Shown here: positions 43,590 through 57,100 of the stretch, piece by piece
How the letters are laid out: each line of letters opens with the position of its first letter
How positions within the stretch are numbered: the stretch's first letter is position 1
Assembly (NCBI GenBank): GCA_051294375.1
Contig: JBJCIZ010000028.1
Span: 1,032,100-1,096,099, forward strand
Direction of reading: 5' to 3'
Length of the DNA: 64,000 nt
From: Paraspadella gotoi
Lineage: Eukaryota; Animalia; Chaetognatha
The notes under the pieces: model-generated
Seen by the model: only the letters and a program-made list of their open reading frames with translations
What the model was told of the DNA's origin: nothing
Database searches by the model: none
Translations under genes and position numbers: made by a program

Positions 43590-43905
43590 GAGAGAGGGTC
43601 GCCATACCTCTTTGACTGTGAATAGCCCCAACACTTAGTGTGCCCAGTGGGTCCGGGAGACTTTTCCGTCAGTTGCCTTGCTTTCAGGAACTTTGGATCC
43701 GGTGGAAGGCTTGCTACTGGTGGTTTAACCGGCCGTCACTCTTTTTGCAAGGACAGTTCTGACCAGGGCTAGAGCCCGTGTCCATTGGGTTCGGAGATGA
43801 AGCATTAACCCAGTACGCTATTAAGTCGCTGATGTAAGGAACAGTTGTATCTAACGGGGTCACACCCCTCAAATGTGATCCCTCATGATGATACAGGGAG
43901 GGATG
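43590..43905 (-). mobile_element. tRNA-headed twister-ribozyme repeat, divergent family member
   Basis: Minus strand CTGTTCCTTACATCAGCGACTTAA TAGCGTACTGG (A box) GTTAATGC...GGCTCTAGCCC (B-box-like), alignable to the 58856 unit head, followed by twister 43752-43676. Confidence 0.62.
43676..43752 (-). ncRNA. Type-P5 twister ribozyme (partly decayed)
   Basis: CCTTGC AAAAA GAGT GA CGG CCGGT TAA ACC ACC ... CCGGA TCCAAAGT TCCTG AAA GCAAGG; T2 compensated AC/GT, P2 compensated A-U, one T1 and one P4 mismatch. Confidence 0.6.
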
Positions 43906-43910
43906 GAGAT

Positions 43911-44505
43911 TAGAGCATAGTGAAAGTTACGTACGAAAATTCTAAAAGTCAATTATGAACAACATACCATCAGTGAACATTAATTTGTAAAAAAAATTAA
44001 TTTTATGTTTTTTAATTTTCGCAGTAAGCTATATTTATATATAGTACTATCCTTATAAAATCAAAAAAATTAAAAATAGGCTTTTCTTAATTTTGATTGC
44101 AGATTTGAATTCCTCGTCAAAAGTTGATAAAAGAAAATATAAATCATTTTTAAAATTCTTTCATTAACTAGGTTAAAAATTTAAAAAACTATATTTAATA
44201 TATAAAAATTAATTTTCAGCTTAAAATATAGCTTTTTCTAATTTTTGACCCACTTAATGAAGGAATTTTTCAAAAAGAGTTATATTTCTTTTATTAACTT
44301 TTTATGACGAATCCAAATCTGCAAAAAAATCTTAGAAAAAACTGTTTTGAAATTTTAACATTTATTGGATTAAATATGGCCTACTGCGTAAATTGTAAAA
44401 TTTATTAGAAATTTTTTTATACATAAATTTTCATTAGTATAATATTGTTCGTTCCTCACTTTTAGAATTTTAATTAAAGTTAAATTTAGAAATTTTACTA
44501 CGCCT
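43911..44505. mobile_element. MITE-like element; inverted copy at ~49543-49857
   Basis: Termini AG(A)GC(A/G)TAGT ... ACTACGCCT; 49678-49857 is the reverse complement of ~43911-44090 and 49543-49577 matches the right end. Confidence 0.65.
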
Positions 44506-44859
44506 GCTGAACTCCCATGGTAATTTTGCAATTTTCATAGCTAATCAACAGAAAGTTTATATTTCGGTAATCCATCAATAAAAAATACAACCATTTGTGG
44601 CGAACTTACTTTGCAGATTCACTGACCAAGAGTATTGGCCGATATTCTGGCCGTGATTTCTCTCTCTCTATCTATCTCTCTCTTTATACATTTTATGCCC
44701 ACTGGGCATTTCCCAGTTAAGTCAACGGTCATAACCTGTTTTTCTCTGTACCAAGAGAGAGAGAGAGAGAGAGTGTGTGTTCGCCACACATTCCTAGTTT
44801 AAACGTTAATATTTATTAAATTTGTTTTCTGTCCACAGAAGTTCGTTGCCATCATCATC

Positions 44860-47800
44860 ATGATACGGGGTCTCAAAAAATTTCTTTTTCGAAACATAAA
44901 CCAAAAACTTATCGTCATTAATGTCACCGGTGAGTAAAACTAAAAGAGGAGTTTTGATGAAATTAAGTTTAGTTCCTAAAATAGTTTTATCTGCAGTTGG
45001 GCTAATTTACTTGACATTTGATACTTTTATGGGAGGAGATTACGAGAAGGCACAGCAAATCGAAGACGCTTTAATATACAAAAATATACAGTTAAGAGGT
45101 AAAATATATTACAACACACTAAAATGTAACTACAAATATGCATTTGGCAACTCTTGAATGAAGAAAAAAATGAATGGTGGTCATTAGTTTAAAAATTTAT
45201 AATACAAATAACAAATATTTTTTAATATGTCACTGATTTTATCATTGTATATCTGATTTCATTCCTCTTCAGATGAAATCATTGATACTTCCCAGACAGA
45301 AATTATACAAACTAATTCAACAAACGCTTCGGTTGAAATGATGACTGAATCACGTTTAACTATGACGACGACGACGATTAGGACGACGACGACGACGATT
45401 AGTTCGACGACGACGACGACTACGACTACAAATATCGAGACGCCAAGGAAAACTTGCGAAATAAGTTCCGACCTTGGTAAGATTTTAAAATATTTACTTT
45501 TACAGCGTGTCAAATGAATACAATGAATCCGAACAATAATAAAAAATTCATTTACTGTACTCCTTGCATACATTTTTTACAATATGAAAAAGTTTGTTGT
45601 CCTTTAACAACCAAATTGAATCTTAAGTTATGATGTTAGATTTTGATTAAATTAATTTTCCTCATGCATGGAAGCATTTTAATATTTAACAATATATAAG
45701 AAATTCTTAAAAATTATTTTAAGAAAGTAAAGGAGTTTTTATCGTCGCAATCGCTTTGGGTTTGCGACGATATTGTTGTTGTGCACAATAGTGGCGTCGT
45801 CGTTGTCGTCGTCGTTGGCGTTCCAAATTATAGATCGCCTTTTTTATGATTAAATTTGGGTATATGAAGCTGAAAATTTATATACAGCTTCTCATCATCG
45901 ATGTCCTTAAATTTGAGTCAGGACAGTTATTAAATATGTTTTGTTTACGTTTTATCAAAACAAACAAATTTTCTCTCTTTTATTTTTATATTTCTTTCTC
46001 TCTCTCTTTTCTCTTTTAATTATATGTCTCTCTCCCTCTCTCTTTTCCCTAGTCACTGATTCATAGGGAAAAAGAACGAGTCTGCAGCTGGCTCTGCAGG
46101 GGCTTATTCTGTTTCTCTCTTTTCTCCTGCTGCATCTGCTGCTGCCTTTTGAGTCTGCAGCTGGCTCTGCAGGGGCTCTCTCTTTTTCTCTTTTCTCGTG
46201 CTGCTTCTGCTGCTGCCTTTTGATTTCTTTCTTTTTTTCTGGGTGACTCTGCTGCTGCCGATGCTAATTCGTCCGAAAACGATTTGGCTTCTCTCTCTCT
46301 CTCTCCTCTCTCTCTTTCTCTCTCTCTCTTTCTTTTTATTTCTCAGGGGCTGCGTCTGCTGATCAGTTTATTTTTTTCCTTTCTATTCCTTCTTTCCTTT
46401 CTATTCTTTCTTTATATTTATTCATTTTATGGTGGACTAAAATCCACCAACCGTTCTTCAGTGGCCATTGGTGCCAGAGGCAAGTCATTCTCCTTCCAAC
46501 CCAAAGGTCCGGGGTTCAAGCCCAGTGGTCACCTAGCAGTTTAGTGGGACGGGGCGCTGTCTCTTCAATTTCTTCTTTTTCTTTCTGTTTATAAATTAAT
46601 TTTCTTTTCTCAAATTAGATTTTTTTAGTATCAAAATTTGTCATCAATCCAGATTTTTCTTATGCGATTGCTTTTAAGATTTTTTTTTTCTCTCTCTCTC
46701 TTCGTTTTTATTAAAAAAAAATTTTAATTAGGATTGAACTCGTAAAATTAGGCAACGCATTCGTGCTCGTTATCATTTTGCTATCGCAACATCAGGTCTT
46801 TATTTCGTTTTTTTTTCTCAGGGGCTGCGTCTGCTGATCAGTTTATTTTTTGACAATGACAAAAAAAAACAAAAAAAACTTTCATTGTTTTTTGTTGTTT
46901 TTTTTCAGAAACTGTAACTTTAATTTTCCTCGGTACTTTATTATTTTTTTTAATTGACAATCACAAAATAGATTTTTTCTTTCTGTGTATAAATTAATTT
47001 TCTTTTCTCAAATTTTTTCTCAAATTTGTTGTCAATCCAGATTTTTCTTATGCGATTGCGACAATCCTTATGCTTTTAAGATTTTTTTTATATTTTGAAC
47101 AACGAAACACAAACAACCACAAGTTTTAAGAAATTAAAATTTTTAAAAATAGATTTTGATAAAGATTAAAAAGTTAGATAAAGGTTAGTACTACAAAAAT
47201 TTTAATGATAAATGGGCTTAGATTTGAAAAAAAACTTTAAAAAAAATCATCATCATCATTCATTAAATTTTATAGTTTTTGTTATTTTTCATAGCTAAAT
47301 CATTAAAATTTCCAAAAGTTATAATCTAACTTTTCAAGCTTTATCAGAATTAAAATTTCTTAAAAAAATGTTTTTGATATTATATAGTATTCGGATAATA
47401 TAAAATAGCTTCCACGCATTTAACTAACTATAAGATAAATCTTAAATTTGTTTTGATTTTCACAATCTTCAATAAGCACTTTAAGTGATTAACAATATTT
47501 ATACCGTTAGTTTGTAACCTGTTCCGCCTTACTGTGCAGTGTGCTTGTGATGATGTTTGAAGATCATCTCTATTCTCATCCATATACATTATACAACACT
47601 TGCTTAATTGTTTGTTTAATGTTCTTTGTTAAACTGTAAATCAAATTGGCAAATTAAAAAAAAATTTTCGAGTTATTTTTTTAAAATAAAAAAAACTTTT
47701 GTACGTCGCACAGTAATCTCATAATAAAAATAAATCTTCTTTGAAAGTCATCTGTGTACCTGGGTGGTCGTGGTATTCCTCCCACACGGGATTCCTCCCA

Positions 47801-50800
47801 ACTGGATTCCTCTTACATGGGATTCTTCCCACGCTGGATTCCTCCCCATGGGATTCCTCCCCGCGAAATTCCTCCCACGTGGGATTCCTCCCCAAGGATG
47901 GTCGTGGTATTCCTCCCACACGGGATTTCTCCCAACTGGATTCCACCCACACGGGTTTCCTCCCCATGGAATTCCTCCCACACGGGTTTCTTCCCACATG
48001 AGATTCCTCCCCATATAATTCCTCCCATACAGGATTCCTCCCACACAGGATTCCTTCCAAAATGGGATTCCTCCCATGTAGGATTCCTACCATGGGGGAT
48101 TCCTCCCAACCGAGATTCTTTCCACACAGGATTCCTCCCACGCAAGATTCCTCCCACGCAGTGTGGGAGGAATCCTACATGGGAGGAATTCCGTGTGGGA
48201 GGAATCCCGTGGAATGAATCCCGAGTGGAAGGAATTTTGTGTGGGAGGAATACTGTGTGGGAGGAATCCCATGTGGGAGGAATCCTGCATGGGAGGAATC
48301 CCGCGTGGGAGGAATCCCGCATGGGAGGAATCCCGACTGGGGGGAATCCTGCGTGGGAGGAAATCCATGGGGAGGAATCCCGTGTGGGAGGAATCCCGTG
48401 TGGGCGGAATTCTTTTGGGAGGAATTCCATGTGGAGGAATTCCTTGGAAGAATCCCGTGTGGGAGCAATTCCATGGAGAGGAATCCCTTGGGGAGGAATC
48501 CTGTGAGGGAGGAATCCCACGTGGGAGGAATCCTGCATGGGTGGAATCCCGTTGGGAGGAATCCCACTGGAACCGTGTACCTGTACTCCCATGTGAATTT
48601 TTTTATCTAAAAATAAATCTCTTAATAAAAAAAAATTTTGTTTGTCAGGCCCGATGTGGCTTCGCTCAGGCTTCCCAGATTTGCGATCCTGGCAAAACCA
48701 TTTAAAAAACAAATCCGCTGATAATAATTTTACGCAATTATTGAGGTAAAACAAGAATCTTAAAGTTTCAATGACTTTTTTAAATACCCTTTTTGATTTG
48801 TGACAGATTGTACTCTCCGAGTGGAGGATCTTGGAAACCTAAAAATTGCATAGCCGCAGGCAAAGTTGCTATAATCGTTCCATTCAGGTAAAAAAAGTCA
48901 GCAAGAAAAACATAGAAAATAGTAAAAAAAAATCTTTAAAGAATAGGATCGAGCCTCCCTTCAATGATAACCAAATATTGATGCGATGATAACCAAAGGA
49001 TTGATGCGATGATAACCAAATGATGCGATGATAACCAAATATTGATGCGATGATAACCAATAATTGATGCGATGATAACCAAATGATCGATGAGATGATA
49101 ACCAAATGATTGATGTGATAATAACCAAATGGTTGATGCGATGATAGTCATTCATTGATGTGATGATAATCATTCATTGATACGATGATAGTCATTCATT
49201 GATGCGATGATAGTCATTCATTGATGCAATAAATCATTCATCATAAATAAAACAAATAAATGCGTGTATAAGTGAAAGAGAGAGAGAGAGAAAGAAAGAG
49301 AGAGAAAAAGAGAATAAATCCACGAAAATCTGGGATGTAAATTTGGGATTTTGCATTGAGAAAAAATCGCGGAATAAATGGCAATAAAGTTTTTAAAAGG
49401 AAAAAATAATCAATTTTTTAAAAAAAACGATCACACAAGAGATCGTACAGAGAGAGAGAGAGACAGAAAGAGAAAGACAGACAGAGACAAGAGAGAAAGC
49501 TGGACAGCCGCTGGAAAACAGCTGAACAATCACTGCAGAGTAAGGCGTAGTAAAATTTCTAAATTTAACTTTAATTNNNNNNNNNNNNNNNNNNNNNNNN
49601 NNNNNNNNNNNNNNNNNNNNNNNNNNNNNNNNNNNNNNNNNNNNNNNNNNNNNNNNNNNNNNNNNNNNNNNNNNNNNTAAGAAAAGCTTATTTTGAAATT
49701 TTTCGATTTTATAAGATAGTACTATATATAATATAGCCTACTGCGAAAATTAAAAAAAACATAAAATTAATTTTTTTTACAAATTAATATTCACTGATGG
49801 TATGTTGTTCATAATTAACTTTTAGAATTTTCGTATGTAACTTTCACTACGCCTCTACTGCAGAGCCTGAACTCGTTTTTAAAAGGTTCAGAAAGGCAGC
49901 AACTGACAAAAATAGGAAGAAAATCTATATATAATTTAAAGAAATAAAAGAAAGGAAAAAATGTTACAATTGTTTACAATTGGAAATTTTTACAATTTTT
50001 TCCAATCATAGCTTGTAAAAGATTTTATTTTTATTTGTATCAAAATTAAGATATAGCTTCTCATAAAAAGGTATTTGATTTCCCTGTTTATTAAAGATTT
50101 TTAAAAAAATTATGAATTTCATCTGCAATATTATATACTGCAATATGTAAATTAGATTAAAGCATTTTTATATACTAATTTGGATATTATAATGAGTACT
50201 ATAATCTGCATATTGCCAGTAAATCAATAATGAAGTGGAAATTCAAACAAAAAATACTTGAATCCAAAAGTAATATGAAAAATTTCAGAGCTATTTCAAG
50301 ATGAGAAGCCATATCTAAATTTGTAACTTACTATGATCGCACACTTTTATAAAACTTCATTGTAATTTATAATAATTTTTATTTAAAAACAAACGGTAAG
50401 TCCCAGCCAAAACTATAAAAGCGTAGTAGTTTTTATATAAAAATGCGTAACGCCGCCGACGACGACGACGACGTCCCAAGAAGCTGAACCGGCTTCTCCG
50501 GTAGGCTCGATAAAAATGCTACAATTGTTTTTGTTTATAGCAATCATTTTTAATTTTTTGCCAATCCAATTTTTCAGAGATTTAAAGCGGCCTCACGACT
50601 AATTAGTAATTAGTAATTACCTAAGCAGGCTTAAACATCATCCAAATCGGTGTCTTTCAATTGAGTTAGCAAAGCCAGACAGTATTATATAGCATAACCG
50701 GGCCGGTAGTAAGAGACCGGCACTGGAGATACTAATGCCCTCCTCACGAGCATCACAAACAAACTAATCTGCTTGCTGTTATTACTGTTTATACTGAAAC

Positions 50801-51034
50801 AAGTTTGAGCAAACAATGTCGGATCTGCCTCGATAATTAATTAATTAATTAATTAATCGATTAATTAATTAATTAATTTTAATATGTAATAATTAATTTT
50901 AAATTTATATTCAACTTATCATCATCGATGTCCTTAAAATTGGGTTAGGACAGTTATTAAATATGTTTTGTTTACATTTTATCAAAACAAACAAATATCC
51001 TCTATTTCATTTTATGTCTCCTTCTCTCTCTCTC

Positions 51035-51095
<61 letters not shown>

Positions 51096-54076
51096 TTTTA
51101 TGCAATTGCGACGATCCTTATGCTTTTAGGATTTTTTTAACTTGTATCATTTTTTCCACTTGCATCATTTTTTCAACTTGCATAATTTTTTTAAATTGCA
51201 TCATTTTTTCACATTAATTAATTAATTAATTAAAACATTTATTAGTAATCATAAACTAGTAATCATAAATAATAAAGATTCAAGTAAATGTGACTTATGT
51301 TTTTTCCATTTAAACTCATCTCCACTGTCACAATTCCGTCAAAACTTTATATCTAGCTTCTTCACACACTTTCCTACCCGCTCACAAAATTTCATCTCAA
51401 TCTATTATGGGTTAAAATAAGTAAAAAGATTCAAGTAAATGCGACTCATATTTTTTTCATTTAAACTCATTTCCACTCGTACGTTTCCACCGAAACTTTA
51501 TAGCAAGCATCGTAACACATTTTTCTACCCACACAAAAAAATTGAACTCAATCTGAATTTAGTGATGACCCTGAATGAGAGTGGTGTTGTTTGTAAGAAA
51601 GTAAATTAGTATATGGTAAAAGGCTTGCTGCATGGTCTGGCTGATGCATCATTTTTTATTTTATTGCAAGTTAAACTAGTGTTAAACTTATAATAAAACT
51701 TATTAACTACAGTTCAAGTTTATTATACTATAGTTTAAACAAAATGATTGATTAGTTCAGAACAAATCAATCAAAACCTTCTTTCTTAAGTCAAACACAA
51801 AAAAGGGAAAAAATTGAGGAAAAAACTGTATGAACCTAGTTTGATTGAATCTTAATATAAAAAAAGTAATAATTATGAGTAAATGAAAAAAAACTGGCAG
51901 GTTTAGTCTTATGTCGTATTTTATGGAAGAATTTCCAAAGTACAATAGAAAAATATGAAGCAAATTATGTACAATGAGCATTTAATTTGTGTTCACTTAT
52001 TTATAAAGGTTTGATATAAAAGAAAACAAGTTTTATTCAGCATTAACAACGATTTTATTAATAATAAAGGTTTCGACTCTAGCTTTTATGAGTCTTCTTT
52101 AGCGTTTGACTCAACAGATTTCGGTTTCACAAAGATTCCCTTCCAACAAAGAATTGAAGAAAAGATAGTGGTCAGAAATGAGGATCGGTTGAGGTGAGAA
52201 TAGGGAAGAAGATAGAGTGAATAAATTTGAAACTAGTAAAAGAGATAGAGATAGAGAGAAAGTGAGAGGGAAAAATTATTATATTAAGCAATATACAACA
52301 AAGATAGATTTAAATTAAGCAAACTTAATTTTAAACTAAAGAAATAATAATAATAAAGGTAAATAAGTTAGATAATGAGATGTAAGTAAAAATGAAATAG
52401 AAAAATAAGTGGTTAGGGAAGGATAAGATAATAGTAAGGGAAAATAAGTAAAGAAAAGAGCTCAAAATTGCCAAATGTAGTGATTTTTCCCTCTCTCTCT
52501 TACCAGTTTCAAAATTTATTCACTCTCTCTCCTTCCCTATCCTCACCTTCTCTTGTCTTCCCATCTATCTTTTCTTAATTCTTTGTTGGAAACTTTCTTT
52601 CTCTCTCTCTCTCTCTCTCACCAACTCAATGTTTGTGAAACCAAAATCTGTAGAGTCAAACCGCTGATGAAGACTCGAAAAAGCAAGAGTCAAAATATAT
52701 CCGACCTTATTGTTGATAAAATTGTTATTGCTAATTAATTCATTTTTTCCATTAAATAAAAAAAATAATGAAAAAAAAGATTAAACACAACGTTTTGACT
52801 ATATTAACCTTGTATGCATTTAATAGTACCTCACCACTTTTTAAAATATTGACTATTTTAAAAGATAGTCATATGATTAAATTTTTATATAATCACCTGC
52901 CAGCACACCTATAACATTTCATAATACATATTATCCAACATTCCTATCAAATATTATTTAAAATTATGTAGCATAAAACGAGTTATGAACATTTAAAATT
53001 TAAGTCAGATAGACTGACAGAACGACAAACCTACCCACCAACTTAGAAAATAATGATTTGAAATTGCTCCCCCAAGCACTCGCACCCAGCTAAAAAGTTT
53101 ACTGATAACTTTATCTAATAACTAACATCTAATAACTTTAAAATAAATATTTTAAATTCCATTTCTCAAGCTTCAATTTTTGGCAAAAATAAGGATTGAC
53201 TATTACTTGGAAGCTTTGGAGAGTTCCTTTCCGATCAAGTTTTTAGGGTTTAGACAGTTTTAATGTCTTTTAAAGACCAAAAAGAACCTATTAAAATGAG
53301 TCATGAAATTTCATATTTAAGCCATAAAGAGCTCAAAAATTCTAAAAAGTTATGAAGAATATAATTATAAATTTTAATCATTTTTTATTTTCTTTTAGTT
53401 TTTAAAGTTTAATATTGTGTATTTTGATTTTATTTTCAGGAAGTACTGCTAAATATTATTTTTTTAATATTTATTCTTCACAAAATTTAGGAATAACTTT
53501 AGTAAGTATTTTATCAAAAAACTAATGATCATCTTTATATTTTATATTATATAATATTATATTATTAATAAAATTTATTAAAAATAAAGGTTTAATAAAA
53601 ATATAAAGTCTACATCAAAAATATATTTCAAAATCAAATCAAGTATTGATTTAATCATTATTTTATTTAAAAAATCCTTTAAATTAATTTCACATATAAG
53701 ATTACGATCAAAGAAAAACCGCAAAAGTACTCGATCACTTGGAAACTCTGGAGAGTTCCTTTCCGGTCAAGTTTTTTCAGGTTTATCAGTCCCAATGTCT
53801 TCTACAGACAAAAAGAACCTAATAAAATGAGTCGTGACCCTTCATCTAGTGTAATTGAAAATTTGGGTAACTCTATTGATCAATTAAGATAATTTGGTCA
53901 ACCGGCATAATTTGGTCAACTGGCATAATTTTATCAACTGGCCTAATTTGGTCAACTGCATAATTTGGTCAACAGGCATAATTTGGTCAACTTGCAGAAC
54001 TTGATCAACTTGCAGAATTTGGTCAACTGGCATAATTTGGTCAACTGGTATATTTTTGTCAATTGGCATAATTAGG

Positions 54077-54107
<31 letters not shown>

Positions 54108-57100
54108 GAGAGAGATAGAGAGAGAGAAACTTTAAAAAATTCAAATAAATGTCTTTTGGTTTTCTAATTTGAACTCTTTTCCACTCCTACGATTCCATCA
54201 AAAAATTTATATCTAGCTTTATCACATACTTTCCTACCCACACACAAAATTCAATTTCGATTTATCTATCCAATTTTTAATAAACATAATAATTATGAGT
54301 AAATTTAAGTAAAAATACTTCAAGTAAATATGACTTTTGTTTTTTTCTATTTTAACTCATTTCCACTCGCACGATTCCATCGAAACTTTATATCCAGCTC
54401 AATCACACACTTTCCTACCATCATCAAAATTTCAAGTCAATTGCCCTATCCACTCATGAGCAATTGGCGTTCAAATAGTAAAATATATTTTTTTGTTTTT
54501 TCCATTTAAACCAATTTCCACTCGCACGATTCCTCGAAACTTCATATCCATCTCAATCACACAGTTTCCTACCCACACACAAAATTTCATTCCAATCCAT
54601 CCATCCAATCACGAGTAATTGGAGTTTTTTGCTAAGGTGGGACGGACGGACGGACGGACGGACGGACGGACAGACAGACGGACGGACATCGTTTTTTTGC
54701 ATAATTAATCATAATTCGATGTTTTGACATGATATAAGTGTGTGCCCGACAATATTGAGGGGCGGACCGATGGACCGACAAAGTGAATTANNNNNNNNNN
54801 NNNNNNNNNNNNNNNTCCATCCAATTATGATTAATTAGAGTACTTCATGGTTAAAATAAGTAAAAATATTTTAGTAAATGCGACTTATGTTTTTCCACTT
54901 AAACTCATTTCCACTCACACGATTCCGTCGAAACTTTATATCCAGCTTTATCACACACTTTCCTACCCACACACAAAATTTCATTCCAATCCAACCAGCC
55001 AATCACGAGTTATTGGATCTTTTTGCTAGGTGGGACGGATGGACGGATTGATTGACTGATTAAGTAATTATTAATAATTAATTGACTAATTGATTAATTA
55101 ACTGATTAATAATTTGATTTATTAATACATCCTTAATATAAAAGGAAAAGAATCATAATCAATTAGTGAAAAGGTTTTTGTTTTTTTCTATTTAAACTCA
55201 TTCCACTCAAAAGATTCATCGAAACTTGATTTCCTGTTCAATCACACACTTTTCTACTCACAAAAATTCAGGTCAATCTATAATTAAGTGGTAATAAGCT
55301 AACTTGGTCAACTTGCATAATTTGGTCAACTGATATAATTTGGTAAACTGACATAACTTGCGTTAAACTGACATAATTTGGTCAACTGACATAATTTGGT
55401 TAACTGGACATAATTTGTCAACTGACATAATTTGATCAATAGAGTTACCCAAATTTTTAATTACACCCGATGAAGGGTCACGACTCATTTTATTAGGTTC
55501 TTTTTTGTCTGTAGAAGACATTGGGACTGATAAACCTGAAAAAACTTGACCGGAAAGGAACTCTCCAGAGTTTCCAAGTGATCGAGTACTTTTGCGGGTT
55601 TTTCTTGATCGTAATCTTATATGTGAAATTAATATAAAGGATTTTTTAAATAAAATAATGATTTAATCAATACTTGATTGGTTTTTAAATATATTTTTGC
55701 TGTAGACTTTATATTTTTTATTAAACCTTTTATTTTTAATAAATTTTATTAATAATATAATATTATATAATATAAAAATATAAAGATGATTATTAGATTT
55801 TTGATAAAATACTTACTAAAAGTTATTCCTAAATTTTTGAAGAATAAATATTAAAAAAAATAATATTTAGCAGTACTTACTAAAATAAAATCAAAATACA
55901 CAATATTAAACTTTAAAAACTAAAAAAAAAATGGTTAAAATTAGTAAATATCAAAAGTGTTTGGAAAATGGCCCAATTATTACTTTTTGCCATGAGTAAA
56001 TTGTTTTCTCCAAGAAATTGTAAACTTTTATTGTTTTTATAACAGATTCAAATCTAAAACAGTATTTCATAAAAAATTAAAGTAAAAATTTTGAATCTAC
56101 TTGGTCTTGCCTTTTATTAGATTGCTAGATTGCATATATTATTGATCAAGTAATGTTTTTTGTAATATGTATCAAACATAATAAACTAAGGGAAAATATT
56201 ATATTTAATTAGTATGGCATTAGTATAGATTTATAAATGGCCAAAATAAATAGGAAGTATATGTAAAAATTTATCCTGGAAATAGTTAGGCAAACAAAAC
56301 TTTTCTTCCTTCTGTTTAGATATTTTGACTCTTTGTGTGGAAATTTAGTGATGACCCTGAATGAGAGTGTGTTGTTTGTAAGAAAGTAAATTAGTATATG
56401 GTAAAAGGCTTGCTGCATGGTCTGGCTGATGCATCATTTTTTATTTTATTGCAAGTCTAAACTAGTGTTAAACTTATAATAAAACTTATTAACTACAGTT
56501 CAAGTTTATTATACTATAGTTTAAACAGAATGATTGATTAGTTCAGAACAAATCAATCAAAACCTTCTTTCTTAAGTCAAACACAAAAAAGGGAAAAAAT
56601 GAGGAAAAAACTGTATGAACCTAGTTTGATTGAATCTTAATATAAAAAAAGTAATAATTATGAGTAAATGAAAAAAAACTGGCAGGTTTAGTCTTATGTC
56701 GTTTTTATGGAAGAATTTCCAAAGTACAATAGAAAAATATGAAGCAAATTATGTACAATGAGCATTTAATTTGTGTTCACTTATTTATAAAGGTTTGATA
56801 TAAAAGAAAACAAGTTTTATTCAGCATTAACAACGATTTTATTAATAATAAAGGTTTCGACTCTAGCTTTTATGAGTCTTCTTTAGCGGTTTGACTCAAC
56901 AGATTTCGGTTTCACAAAGATTCCCTTCCAACAAAGAATTGAAGAAAAGATAGTGGTCAGAAATGAGGATCGGTTGAGGTGAGAATAGGGAAGAAGATAG
57001 AGTGAATAAATTTGAAACTAGTAAAAGAGATAGAGATAGAGAGAAAGTGAGAGGGAAAAATTATTATATTAAGCAATATACAACAAAGATAGATTTAAAT

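Noticed and set aside
47719-49230. CRISPR-like arrays or repeat proteins
   Set aside because: No unique spacers, eukaryotic intron context, no cas genes; these are minisatellites.
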